IMG/VR virus record: IMGVR_UViG_3300015263_000597
Location: 13,688-77,687 of that record
DNA from: a virus
Reading direction: 5' to 3' (one strand)
DNA: 64,000 nt
Shown: in pieces, positions 1-9,988 of the stretch
How the letters are laid out: the number at the start of each line of letters is the position of its first letter
How positions within the stretch are numbered: position 1 is the first letter of the stretch
The notes under the pieces: generated by a model
What the model was told of the DNA's origin: nothing
Seen by the model: the letters and a program-made list of their open reading frames with translations, nothing else
Databases searched by the model: none
Translations under genes and position numbers: made by a program

Positions 1-575
1 CATGTACGTAGCTGTACCCACTTGGAGAGCCGCAGGTAGATGACTTGATTACTTGAAGCTCATAGACCTAGAGGACGTATTGCCTAAGTACGATGAGACT
101 CAGCAGCAGTGGTTAATCAGAATGGCAGCTGAAGGGTTGCTAAAATCAGACAAGGACATCTCTTTATGAACACATCGGCATGTCAGCTACCAGGCGTAAG
201 TAGCAGTACGAGACTTTGAGATCTTAAATACCGATAGAGAAAGCAGAGTTGAAGATGTACTTATCAACAACGGTGAGCGAGATTGCTGCTGGGTGTCTGG
301 TGACATGTGTCTCAGCTGTCAGATATACCGTTGGCATACCGGGCTCAATAGACGAACTAGTAAACCGACTTATCTTTCAAGTCCTTGGCTACCCGACGGT
401 TATCTACCCGCACTCTCGTAATCTATCTACCTCACCTAGGTACCACCCACCCGCGTGTGTTTCTTATTCTTATAGATGCACCGTACTGACGTACTGAGAT
501 GTGGGAGAGGGCACGGCGTATTACCGCTATGTTACGGCGTAGTACCGCCTAGGAAAAATTTTTTGCAATTGCAGC

Positions 576-604
576 TTGACAACGGGACGTAAGTGGAGTA
601 GGGT
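576..604 (+). promoter_or_regulatory. sigma70-type promoter
   Basis: TTGACA(576-581)-N17-TAGGGT(599-604), preceded by an A/T tract (UP-like) and followed by a rightward operon. Confidence 0.7.
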
Positions 605-744
605 TAGAGATGTCAGAGGGCTTAGCAAGCTTGCCGCTGTTTTTCTCGATAGTGTAGCTAACTGAAGAGGATCACAGATAGAGCCCTCTGGCAGCTCGGA
701 TTCTACCTGGAAGCTCAAGACTGGCTGAACAGAGGAGTAATGGA

Positions 745-2656
745 ATGGTACAATGCGCAAACTGCAAACAGGAACGCTGCCAATGTGAGCGGATCATCGT
801 AGACTGGTCTGAAGACGGCTATAACTGTCGAAGCGGACTTGTGCCATTTTATGCTGAAACAAGAGATGAGCTTGAAAGCAAAGTACGTTCAGCAGTTGGG
901 AACAAAGTACGTTTTAACTACCCGGACAAGATGATCCCTAAACACCCAAATGTAGACGTGCTAAATGCCGCCGTAGATGAATTTGTTCGTCGTAACCCTA
1001 GGACAACGCAATGAGCATGCTCAACTGCGACCGCTGCGGCAACTCCTGCCACATATCACATAAGTGGACATACTGCCCAAAGTGCGGCGGGCCTATGAAG
1101 CACGAGAGTGAGTCTAGTAGCAATAGACAACAGCAGGCTGAATATCGTGAGTACCTGAGACTCAAAGGCAAATTCGATAAAGGGCGCACGTGGTGAACTA
1201 CCCAACTGATGAGCAAAGGAGGCATCGTCATGCAAGAACACACCGAAGAACTGAACGAATCGACTGCCTACGCCGACTGGCAATCTAGTATAGAGGAACC
1301 AAGCACACCAGTTACCCCAGAGGAACTAGATGCCGCATGGGAAGAATTCAGCCGACGACGCAAGACACTGGATTACACGCCGTGCGACTGACTAGACTAC
1401 AGCGGAAAGCCATTGCGTACCTTGCTAGTCGAAGCGAAGGAGGCACCGCGTACGGTCTGTATAGTTCTGAGTTTAGTTTCAGCACTGTAGGTGTGGCAAA
1501 GAGAACGCTCTCGACGCTTGAGCGTAAAGGGTTGATAGACGCCGTGGGCACTAGGTACTACGCGAAGAAAGGGAACGTGTGCCAGCAAGCGGACGCAGCA
1601 GGCTCTCTAGAAGAAGCAGAGGCTGACTCACACGATAACACCCCAACGGGCATTTAGCTCAGTGGTCAGAGCATCCGGCTCATAACCGGTAGGTCGACGG
1701 TTCGATCCCGTCAAGGCCCACCACAGCACTCTACACAAGAAAGGCGCACATGACTATGATAGATGTAAGAGAACACATAGCGAGTCTGTTCATAGACATT
1801 CAGAAACACGACACCGCAGGGAGCTTCGTAGGACTAGTGTTAACAGACATCGGGCTAGAGCTTTGTCTGGGATACAAAGGAAGTGACGGACAAAACTACC
1901 TGCAAAACACAGCAGACTGTAAAAGAATAAAACAGTTCTTAGCCTGGCTGCCTGTACCATCCCTTAGCCATTTCAAAAAAGCGCTTCCACAGTACGCAGA
2001 TGTTTTACCAGAAGACGCACCAGAGGACACAAGATGAAAGCAACAGCACAACGCGCAGTTACTATCACAATAGAGCTAAATGAGACAGAAGCTTGCTGGC
2101 TTATTGCAAACATGCAGAACCCACTACACGGCGTGCAACCTGATCATGAAATAGATAATGACAGGGCGTGCAGGATAGAGCTATTTACTGCGCTATCACA
2201 AGTGCTTGCAGCACAGGACGGAGAAAACTAGCGCCAGCTTTAACCGCGCAGTCCAGACAAGGAACACACATGGAAAGAGTCAACATAAAGTACCTAAAGA
2301 TGGCAGAAGAAGCGAAAGCGCACTTCTCTAATAACCTTCATCATCTCACGTACACAGACGGAGAAATTGAAGACGGGGATCTACTCGCTGTCTACTGGAA
2401 CCCGTACTCAATTATCGTGCTAGGTGTTGATGAGCCCATGCGTGTTGAACTAGACGACGCAATGCCTGGGCGAGTGCTTATCGAAGATAGAGCGGCTAGT
2501 GTTGACAACCAGTGCCTGCTGCAACTAACTGTCAGTGAGGCAGCGTGGTTACGAGATGCTGTAGAATGCACTGATACTAAGCCCGGTGCAGACAATGTAG
2601 TCAAACTTGACATAATGGGCGCACTTACTAGGTTCCTTGACGGAGAAGATGAATGA
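745..2656 (+). other. Cluster of small hypothetical CDSs (745-1014, 1011-1196 Zn-ribbon, 1230-1391, 1750-2037, 2034-2231, 2270-2656)
   Basis: Tightly packed ORFs with ATGA overlaps and GGAG/AGG RBSs; CxxC motifs in the first two. Confidence 0.7.
1648..1723 (+). tRNA. tRNA with CAT anticodon, most likely tRNA-Ile2 (lysidine)
   Basis: 76-nt cloverleaf GGGCATT-TAGCTCAGTGGTCAGAGC-ATCCGG-CTCATAA-CCGGT-AGGTC-GACGG-TTCGATC-CCGTC-AAGGCCC-ACCA. G1-C72 (not initiator), C4-G69, A73 and encoded CCA; resembles bacterial Ile2. Confidence 0.9.
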
Positions 2657-3237
2657 GAACCTTCGCCGAACTTCAGCAGGAGATTGCCACTATCAATCGC
2701 GCCAATGGCTGGTCGGATACTCCGCGCACTACCACGCAATCACGTCTGCTCATCGATAGCGAACTGTCCGAGCTATTCGAATGGCATCGTAACGGTAACG
2801 GCGTGTCTGATCATATACCGCCGTACTCAGGCGTAGAAGAAGAACTAGCAGACGTGCTTATCCGTTTGCTTGATACATGTGAACGGCACGGCATAGTCAT
2901 ACATGACGTAGCCACTGCGGCGATAAACAGCACATATGTAGGCTCCGTAGAGTGGTGCGAAGAAAACAACATGAAAACGTTTAGACAGATGCGTGACTTC
3001 CTGCTTACACCCTCTAAATACTACGATCGGGAGCATGCGCTATGTGTTGCAAAAACAGTGCTATGGGCACCAAGCACTCTAGACTCAGATCGTGCACTGT
3101 ATAACACAGTATGGCGTCTGCTAGACTGGGTTATTAAAGTCGCATATTCAGAATGCATTTATCTGCCATCCGTTGTCGACGACAAGCTTGATTTCAACCG
3201 CACACGTCCACACCGCCATGGCGGCAAGACAGTGTGA
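2653..3237 (+). CDS. MazG-like nucleotide pyrophosphohydrolase
   Basis: SELSELFE...EEELADVLIRLLD motif and C-terminal KLDFNRTRPHRHGGK typical of phage MazG-like proteins. Confidence 0.8.
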   Translation: MRTFAELQQEIATINRANGWSDTPRTTTQSRLLIDSELSELFEWHRNGNGVSDHIPPYSGVEEELADVLIRLLDTCERHGIVIHDVATAAINSTYVGSVEWCEENNMKTFRQMRDFLLTPSKYYDREHALCVAKTVLWAPSTLDSDRALYNTVWRLLDWVIKVAYSECIYLPSVVDDKLDFNRTRPHRHGGKTV

Positions 3238-3923
3238 GCAAAGGAGACAGAGCCATGAGCACAAAGCCATCAAGGGACTACTTTAGCAATGACGTACTAG
3301 CGCAACCTGTGCTAGTGCCGTTCGGCGAACTGCTAGACTTGCGTGACAGGCTGAACGCGCTAGAAACAGGCCAGGGTGGTAACGCTGAGCCACCGCCTGT
3401 AGACCCACCAGTTGATCCACCAGTTGACGTAATCCCCCCTATAGTTGGCGACAGGGAGGCACGATCCCTGCTGTACGTCTACGCCGAAGATGACAAGGAT
3501 AAGGGTCTAGACGTCAGCTTAGACCTTGCGCTAGTGCGCAAACCGAATGAGTGGCTAGTAGTGGCCAAGACGTACGAGGGCGGCACGTGGAGTAAGCCAC
3601 TAGACAAGGCATCATGGAAGCTATCAAAGGGACAAGATATTGTCATCGTAGAAGGAACTGTTGTAGACGACGTACTGCAATTATTCGACGGATCAAAAAC
3701 ACACCATCTACAGCTACCGTCCGGCGGATTTCGCGGAACTGCCAAGTCCAACCAGCAAGGATCTCTGCCTGAACATCCATCATTCTGGCCAGACGCACAT
3801 ATCACGATTACGATGGACGGAACGCCACTTAGCAAGTCACTTCTCGAAACAACTGGCGTTACTCTCCTCCTTGGACACGAGTCTTTCTCGGTAACTCTTG
3901 ACTTTGGTCAGCCAATAGGATAA
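3234..3923 (+). CDS. Hypothetical protein with Pro-rich (PPVD)n linker
   Basis: 229-aa ORF, PPPVDPPVDPPVDVIPP; RBS suggests a start near 3255. Confidence 0.7.
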   Translation: MSKGDRAMSTKPSRDYFSNDVLAQPVLVPFGELLDLRDRLNALETGQGGNAEPPPVDPPVDPPVDVIPPIVGDREARSLLYVYAEDDKDKGLDVSLDLALVRKPNEWLVVAKTYEGGTWSKPLDKASWKLSKGQDIVIVEGTVVDDVLQLFDGSKTHHLQLPSGGFRGTAKSNQQGSLPEHPSFWPDAHITITMDGTPLSKSLLETTGVTLLLGHESFSVTLDFGQPIG

Positions 3924-3996
3924 GATCACTCTGTGCCAGCTACCTAACACACAAGAAGCGTCGTGCTCGCTACATGACCAGCTGGCATAGCCCACA

Positions 3997-4029
3997 CCCT
4001 GAGGGGACGCATCCCCTCAGGGCCTTTTT
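3997..4029 (+). terminator. Intrinsic terminator
   Basis: CCCTGAGGGGA-CGCA-TCCCCTCAGGG followed by CCTTTTT. Confidence 0.8.
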
Positions 4030-4052
4030 ACACCAGTAAAGGAGATACCAAG

Positions 4053-4784
4053 ATGCGAAAATCCACGATCGTGCTCGTTGCACTACTCACCTCTACTATG
4101 TGCTACGCCCAAAGAGACTCATCACGAGTGTCTGTCAACTTCGTGTTCAACGACACTGATGCAGTCGGTGAGATGTGTGAAGCGTTGTGCGGCAAGCAGG
4201 AATGCACATCTGTTACGGCTGACGACACCGCAGACTTTGAATCCTTTGTACAGACTGTAGGTACTGAGCAAAAGGCCGTTTCTAAAAGTGTATCTGGTGG
4301 CGTATCGGTAGACTGCACGAACTACAAACGATACGGACAGCGGTTCCTCGATATTGCGCAAGCGTACCGCACTGGTGCGGCATGTCCTATGCAGGTACCT
4401 TGCGCACGGGCCGCATGGTCGGAGAAGTGGTGGGTGACTGTTAGCAAGAATATGCGGGCGTGTAGAATGGACGCACCGTTCAGTGATACCGAGATCACCG
4501 AATACTTTGGCGCCAGCGAGCTACCCGCAATAATGTGGCGACAGGACTACGTACCGAAGAATCCAGCAACGGTAGCCATAGTGTCCAAAGTACAGCGAGT
4601 AAACGTTGTTCAGTACTTACACAAAGCTACTGAATGGATCGACGAGAACAAGCCAGAGGTGCGATATCGTAACGAGGACCTTTATCAGCTAGCGGTCAGT
4701 ATTGCACTGCGTGAAATGGACGTCATGGAAGAGGAAGGTAGGCTGGAAGGATTCTGGCTATACAGGGTAGTTAGTAGGCAGTAA
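4053..4784 (+). CDS. Secreted Cys-rich hypothetical protein
   Basis: AAGGAG RBS; N-terminal signal peptide MRKSTIVLVALLTSTMCYA. Confidence 0.7.
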   Translation: MRKSTIVLVALLTSTMCYAQRDSSRVSVNFVFNDTDAVGEMCEALCGKQECTSVTADDTADFESFVQTVGTEQKAVSKSVSGGVSVDCTNYKRYGQRFLDIAQAYRTGAACPMQVPCARAAWSEKWWVTVSKNMRACRMDAPFSDTEITEYFGASELPAIMWRQDYVPKNPATVAIVSKVQRVNVVQYLHKATEWIDENKPEVRYRNEDLYQLAVSIALREMDVMEEEGRLEGFWLYRVVSRQ

Positions 4785-4787
4785 CTG

Positions 4788-5841
4788 TCATGAGTTCTCG
4801 TCGAGCCACTTTAAAACGGATGATCTATCACCTTTTGAAGCAGCACGTATTAGCTCCTTGTACTCAGGGATCATCAAGCACGATTCGCACGTACGGAGTT
4901 CTGCAACTCTGTCTTGCAGTTTGCCTATCTCTCTAAGCAGTTTCTGTTCCGTGCCGGTACTCATGTCGGCCTCTCACACGCACTAGTACGCCACACAGTA
5001 CCTGTTACCCTCGATACGCGGCTCAACGTAACGTGCAAACAAAGAGCCAGCAGAATACCCGATGTGCAGGTCAATGTACTTGGCACCAATGACAAGTACC
5101 AGCCTGCGACTAGCAGTGGACGTGTCAGGAGTTTCCAGGTCTGCCCAGAGGTAAGCGCTTTTGATCATTTTTATGAACATACTAACCATCGTGCTATCAC
5201 CCTACGTTGCATCTACAACAGGCGAACGGAACCATACGTAGGCTTCCCACCCCCATTGCGCGTCTTCGTCTTGCTGAACTTTGATCTCCACTGTGTGACA
5301 TTCATAGGCTTGCTCCAGTGTGTAAGACAAATTAGCGGCACGGGATTCAGCTTGAGTCTTGGTACGTCCGTCAACACGGACCGCGAAGTGTCGGTCAGAC
5401 ATGCCAGGACACGGGTAGAATTCCAGTTCAGCAGTAGAGAAGTCAAAACAATTGCGAGCGGCTTGTGCGTTGAGGCGAGCAACAATAGCGCAGATCTTTT
5501 GGGTCGCAGTGTTCATGGTGTCTCTCCCGGTTTAGGTGGCGGCCAGTGTTTAGAGTTTAAGCGAAGAAGGACATGATGCGAGAATCAATGACGGTCCTAG
5601 GGGCGGGAGTTTCAAAAGTAGAAGAGAGGACAGCATTCCCAGAGGAATCAAAAACCCGCGCTTTGCCATACCGATCAGCGCTAGAAACAACGTTAAAGAC
5701 CTCTTTGGAGCTGACAGACTCACTACGGATGCTGACGTACGCAATAGTCTGGGTGTAAGCTATGACACTGACTTGACGGCTGTTAATCCCAGCGTCACGA
5801 AGGGCTCGGCGAATGGTCTTGGCGTTGGTGTTCTTGGTCAT
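4788..5841 (-). other. Leftward operon of small hypothetical CDSs (5557-5841, 5202-5516, 4983-5189, 4788-4964)
   Basis: Co-oriented ORFs with GGAG RBSs downstream of the sigma54 promoter at 5897-5912. Confidence 0.7.
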
Positions 5842-5896
5842 TGTCTTGCTCCTAGTCTAAGTTGTGCAGGCTACCCCGCGTTATGCCAGTCTATGT

Positions 5897-5912
5897 AGCA
5901 AGAGCTGTGCCA
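5897..5912 (-). promoter_or_regulatory. sigma54 (-24/-12) promoter
   Basis: Minus strand TGGCACAGCTCTTGCT (GG-N10-GC), 55 nt upstream of the 5841 start. Confidence 0.85.
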
Positions 5913-5999
5913 AATGGTCTCATAGCGTAGAATACGCCTAGGCACTTGGCTACACGGGCTCTAGACCACTAACTGCACCGTACCCGTAGCATAGAATCA

Positions 6000-6045
6000 T
6001 CCAATGATTTGGACTTATTCAAATTTCTGGATACGGATTTTTGGA
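6000..6045. promoter_or_regulatory. Triple-palindrome enhancer-like array A
   Basis: TCCAATGATTTGGA / TTCAAATTTCTGGA / TACGGATTTTTGGA. Confidence 0.75.
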
Positions 6046-6242
6046 TTCCACCTGGCTATCTAGCTCGTCTGCGAATCTCTCCAGAGCTAGCAGTATGATC
6101 TCTGTCATGAAGGCCGGGCGGTCGGTCGCTCCAGGCTTCCGCCAATCTCGTTTAACCGGTATCCGTATCTGTTCACGAATGGCGTTTAGTCGCGCCCATA
6201 GGTCGGGGGGTATGTTACGTAGATGGTAGTTATGGGCCATTG

Positions 6243-6249
<7 letters not shown>
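6019..6249 (-). CDS. Putative ribbon-helix-helix DNA-binding protein
   Basis: NYHLRNIPPDLWARL...MTEIILLALERFA follows the Arc/FitA-like pattern. Confidence 0.55.
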
Positions 6250-6587
<338 letters not shown>

Positions 6588-6614
6588 GGTATGTCTCCTG
6601 ATCTGTGGTTGGTT

Positions 6615-6668
6615 GGCTCATCAGTGACTAGGTACCACCTAGCCAGACGGGGCGTACCCCGTTTCGCC
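6615..6668 (-). ncRNA. Hammerhead ribozyme, type II
   Basis: Minus strand GGC-GAAA-CGGGG-TACG-CCCCG-TC^-TGGCTAGG-TGGTA-CCTAGTCA-CTGATGA-GCC: complete core and three stems. Confidence 0.92.
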
Positions 6669-6896
6669 TTAAACTGAGGCAGTCATTAGCTGCACAGACG
6701 CACTGAGGAGAGAGTCTGCCTGAGCAATGCCTGCCTTCATCCACTCTCCAAACCGAGGGTGGCGCTTCTCAGATTCGGTGAAGATCGTCCAGTCAGGAAC
6801 GGTGTTGTCTAGACGGGCAAGAGCGAAGGCACGAATGGCCTTTTCTTCGAGGGCGGACTCTTCGTCGAGCATGTTGCTGGTGTAGATGGCGGTCAT
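6669..6896 (-). CDS. Hypothetical protein
   Basis: AGGAG RBS before ATG at 6896; stop codon abuts the hammerhead. Confidence 0.7.
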   Translation of the reverse strand: MTAIYTSNMLDEESALEEKAIRAFALARLDNTVPDWTIFTESEKRHPRFGEWMKAGIAQADSLLSASVQLMTASV

Positions 6897-6952
6897 GGTC
6901 TTGCTCCTAGTCGGTGTTGGTCTCTGGGGCGCGTCCCCCGTTCGATGAATAC

Positions 6953-6995
6953 AGTGTAGGACAGGGCTCTGCAAAAGTCAACCCTCTTTTGCAGA
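6953..6995 (-). promoter_or_regulatory. sigma70 promoter with overlapping inverted-repeat operator
   Basis: Minus strand TTGACT-N17-TACACT; perfect IR TCTGCAAAAG-N8-CTTTTGCAGA (6968-6995) straddles the -35. Confidence 0.75.
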
Positions 6996-7268
6996 AAAAT
7001 TTCGTGGCCTAGCAGGTCCTCTCAGTAGTCTGGTTCTTAGGCACCCTCTATTGAGGACATCAGGGGCTTAAACTCGCTTATGCCCGCCTACCGCAGCGAT
7101 AGAGGACAAAGGGATCCAGAAGTCTTGTTAGCTACTGTTGACCTCTTGATGAACTGGTCGGCTAGTGCTGAGGGCAAGGAAGACCCGAGCTGCCCTGTAC
7201 GCTTGTTGACATCGTCATGAACATACGCACTGCATTTACCAGCTGGCAGCAAAACGGGCATGTGCTAG

Positions 7269-8196
7269 TCACTTGCCTGCCTTTCTTCCACGACCTGCTT
7301 TCTCGAAAGCTTCTGCCAGTGTGCACAAAGTGATCTTCGGTCCAGTACGCCCTCTGTTCACTTCCGTGATCTCCTGCGCTGGATCATAAAAAGCATATGC
7401 GTGCTCTCGCCACTGCTCGTCTGACAACTGCTCGTCTACTTCCCGGACTTCGATATCATCATCGTTCATATTCATACCTTTAGCTTCTTATAAAGAGCGT
7501 CTAACAAGTCCTGCCGTGTAGACGCATATAGTTCCACTGTGCCGCCTTGGGTGACGAGCACAGCAGTGTGTCTGTCGCCGTCTGCGCTAATACGCAGAGT
7601 AAAGCCTAGCTTAGCGGCACGATGCTTCAGCGTTGTTTCACGATCACTCATCGTATTCCTGCTTGTGTAGATGTGCCAAGTATGCGTTAGTTTCTTCTTC
7701 CCAAGTTTGTACCGAGTACACTACGTAGCCGAACCCTATTGCTACATAAGATCCCCTGTAGATACCCATGTAATTCATGTACATCTCGCGATCTTCTGCC
7801 GTGGCGAATCTGTACTCACCTGCACAGTCGCGAGAATGGTCAACGCCTTCCCGCCAGCCCCAGTAGGTCATGCAGTACTTGCCATCTGACGTCAGTAAGT
7901 TCCGGCACTTGTCGCGTCTGTCAGTGCTCATCTGCACGGCCCCTAGAACAGTCCTCTTCAATAAGGTAAAAGCCAGTGCTAGATAGGTTAAAACGACCCC
8001 ACAGACGTTCGATGATCTGCATCTTACCGTACGCTATGGCCGCTTTGACCTTTCTGTCGTGTTCTAGACTTTCATCAATTTGCGCCCACCCGACACTGGA
8101 TCGGTGGTTATTCCCGGTCATGGCGTAAAAGTCGTGCTGACTAGACGTATCGCAGTCTGCCAGGTACTCTGCTAGAGCGTGCTTACTAAATCGCAT
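7269..8196 (-). other. Small hypothetical CDSs (7921-8196, 7644-~7931, 7269-7475 and a short ORF between)
   Basis: Overlapping start/stop codons; AAAGGAGG RBS before 8196. Confidence 0.65.
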
Positions 8197-8224
8197 GTCT
8201 GTCCTCCTTTACCGGGCGTTAGCT

Positions 8225-8281
8225 GGCATCATCAGACCCTAGGCGCAACCCTAGGGTGACGGGGGCGTACCCCGTTTCGCC
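8225..8281 (-). ncRNA. Hammerhead ribozyme, type II (extra U after CUGAUGA)
   Basis: Minus strand GGC-GAAA-CGGGG-TACGC-CCCCG-TC^-ACCCTAGG-GTTGCG-CCTAGGGT-CTGATGA-T-GCC. Confidence 0.9.
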
Positions 8282-8890
8282 TCAAGCTCGGATAATATGG
8301 CAGACTGCGGCTTCCATTTTCTGGATAGCCCTTGTGTAATCATGAACAAACGTGCCGTCCATGCCGCCCCAATTCGCCGTCTCGTCCGTTTGCTTGAACG
8401 TACAATCCTGATCAGCGACGTCAAAGAACCTCTCGGCCATCGCACAAGCCGTAACTAGCACTTTGTGGGAAAACCCGTGGAAGTATGCGTAGCATCCAAG
8501 GCTAGCCCAGCTTTCGGCTGTGTCTACACAGTGCCCGTCGAAAAGCTCGGCCTCAAACTGGCGAAATTCCTGCTCAGTGACCGGCTTGTACTCTGGACCA
8601 CGGAACTTGATGGGGTGGAGCACAGGAGAGGCAGTGTGCTTTGCGACTGCGAGATCTACCATGCGGTCAACAGCGTTAGTCCGGCACTGCCTGTATACCT
8701 TGCGAAGGGTGGCGGTATCGGTACCCACCGTATGGAACGCCATGGCGAAGATGTAACCCACCGTGCTACGGGAAAGCTGGACGCTGTTGATGTTGTCGTC
8801 AGTGTCCTCAATCGCTTGCTCAGAGATGCCCAGCAGCTGGCCGACTTTGAAGATATCTTCCTTACCGCGAGTGGTGTGTGTGTCGCTCAT
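8282..8890 (-). CDS. Hypothetical protein, first gene of a sigma54 operon
   Basis: 202-aa ORF with GAAGGA RBS. Confidence 0.75.
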   Translation of the reverse strand: MSDTHTTRGKEDIFKVGQLLGISEQAIEDTDDNINSVQLSRSTVGYIFAMAFHTVGTDTATLRKVYRQCRTNAVDRMVDLAVAKHTASPVLHPIKFRGPEYKPVTEQEFRQFEAELFDGHCVDTAESWASLGCYAYFHGFSHKVLVTACAMAERFFDVADQDCTFKQTDETANWGGMDGTFVHDYTRAIQKMEAAVCHIIRA

Positions 8891-8950
8891 GGGGTTACTT
8901 TCCTTCGGTCTGTGTCGTAGCGGTCCATTCCGCTGTATGCCAGACTATAT

Positions 8951-8966
8951 AGCAAGAGCTGTGCCA
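8951..8966 (-). promoter_or_regulatory. sigma54 promoter
   Basis: Minus strand TGGCACAGCTCTTGCT. Confidence 0.85.
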
Positions 8967-9055
8967 GATGTGCCAGGTAGCATAGAATCAACCCGAAGTG
9001 TTGAGTAGCCGGGCTTTTCTGGTACCTGACCACTGTGGCCCGTAGCATGTAAACA

Positions 9056-9101
9056 TCCAACGTATTGGACAAATCCAATTCCTTGGATTCAAAGTTTTGG
9101 A
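9056..9101. promoter_or_regulatory. Triple-palindrome enhancer-like array B
   Basis: TCCAACGTATTGGA / TCCAATTCCTTGGA / TTCAAAGTTTTGGA. Confidence 0.8.
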
Positions 9102-9538
9102 TCTATCTTCGCCAGCGCGGCGGGGGAATAGTCTACGGTGTAGCGACCGGTAGGCTCCGTCTCTCCCTGGCGCCTAAGGTCCACTACGTCTTGGAGCGTC
9201 AGGGTCTTATGACCAGCAGCACGTAACACAGCACACACGTGCTTTACAGCAGACCTCCTATCGATCCCGACAGCATAGACACTGTACCCCGTGCTGTACT
9301 TCTGAATGTACACTGGACAAGTCATTCGAATCGGAGGTTTGATATACCTCAGTCTGTGAAGTTCCTGGCTTGCAGACTTACAAGCCATCCCCCATGCCCA
9401 GCGCTCTCCTTCCCAGTCGTCACGTCCGTCGTATCCGTAAGCGTCTACCATCTTGCCATCTACATACACAGCGTAGCATTCGTTACGGGCGGTACGCCGC
9501 ACGTTCGTTATCTGTATCCGGTTTGTGCCGTAGTTCAT
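9089..9538 (-). CDS. Hypothetical protein
   Basis: 149-aa ORF, AAGGA RBS. Confidence 0.65.
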   Translation of the reverse strand: MNYGTNRIQITNVRRTARNECYAVYVDGKMVDAYGYDGRDDWEGERWAWGMACKSASQELHRLRYIKPPIRMTCPVYIQKYSTGYSVYAVGIDRRSAVKHVCAVLRAAGHKTLTLQDVVDLRRQGETEPTGRYTVDYSPAALAKIDPKL

Positions 9539-9556
9539 AGCTTGTCCTTTTGTGCA

Positions 9557-9982
9557 CTAGACTTGGAACATCCCATAGTCTAGCTTCGTTATCTGTTCGT
9601 CTGTCCAACCGAACGCCCCGTAGTGGGCAGGATTTTTCCAAAGCAGCAGACCTCGGTAAGCCACGTGCACCTCTGGTCGGCCTAACCATTTGGGCATTAC
9701 CACCCTGCCAGGAAATACGTCTGTAAACGACTTGATCACACCCCGCTGTGAGTCCTTGTATCCCCGTGCTAGCCATTCGTCGCAGATTGCTATCCCGTAG
9801 AAAATCAGTGCCCCCTCGTATCCTTTCCAGGCCAGCGTAACGGGGTGATTCGCATAACCCTTAGTCTGACCAGCTAACGCACGGAGCATTTGCACTACTT
9901 CGAGACGTTGCTTGCCTAGTCGCTGCTGATCCAAGTGCTTCGCAGTGCGAGGGAAGGATGGGTAGGGTAGAAATGTTTGCAT
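9557..9982 (-). CDS. Pyrimidine-dimer DNA glycosylase / endonuclease V-like (MSMEG_6728 family)
   Basis: MQTFLPY...LD..RLGKQRLE..Q...GY.NHP....W.GYE.AL..YG.AICDEW..RGYKD signature. Confidence 0.88.
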   Translation of the reverse strand: MQTFLPYPSFPRTAKHLDQQRLGKQRLEVVQMLRALAGQTKGYANHPVTLAWKGYEGALIFYGIAICDEWLARGYKDSQRGVIKSFTDVFPGRVVMPKWLGRPEVHVAYRGLLLWKNPAHYGAFGWTDEQITKLDYGMFQV

Positions 9983-9988
9983 CTCGCT

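Noticed and set aside
170-560. DnaA-box-like TTATCAACA / TTATCTACC cluster as an origin
   Set aside because: Only mismatched boxes with no regular spacing; not supportable
1206-1215. CTGATGAGC resembling a hammerhead core
   Set aside because: No GAAA-stem III-NUH element or convincing stems nearby
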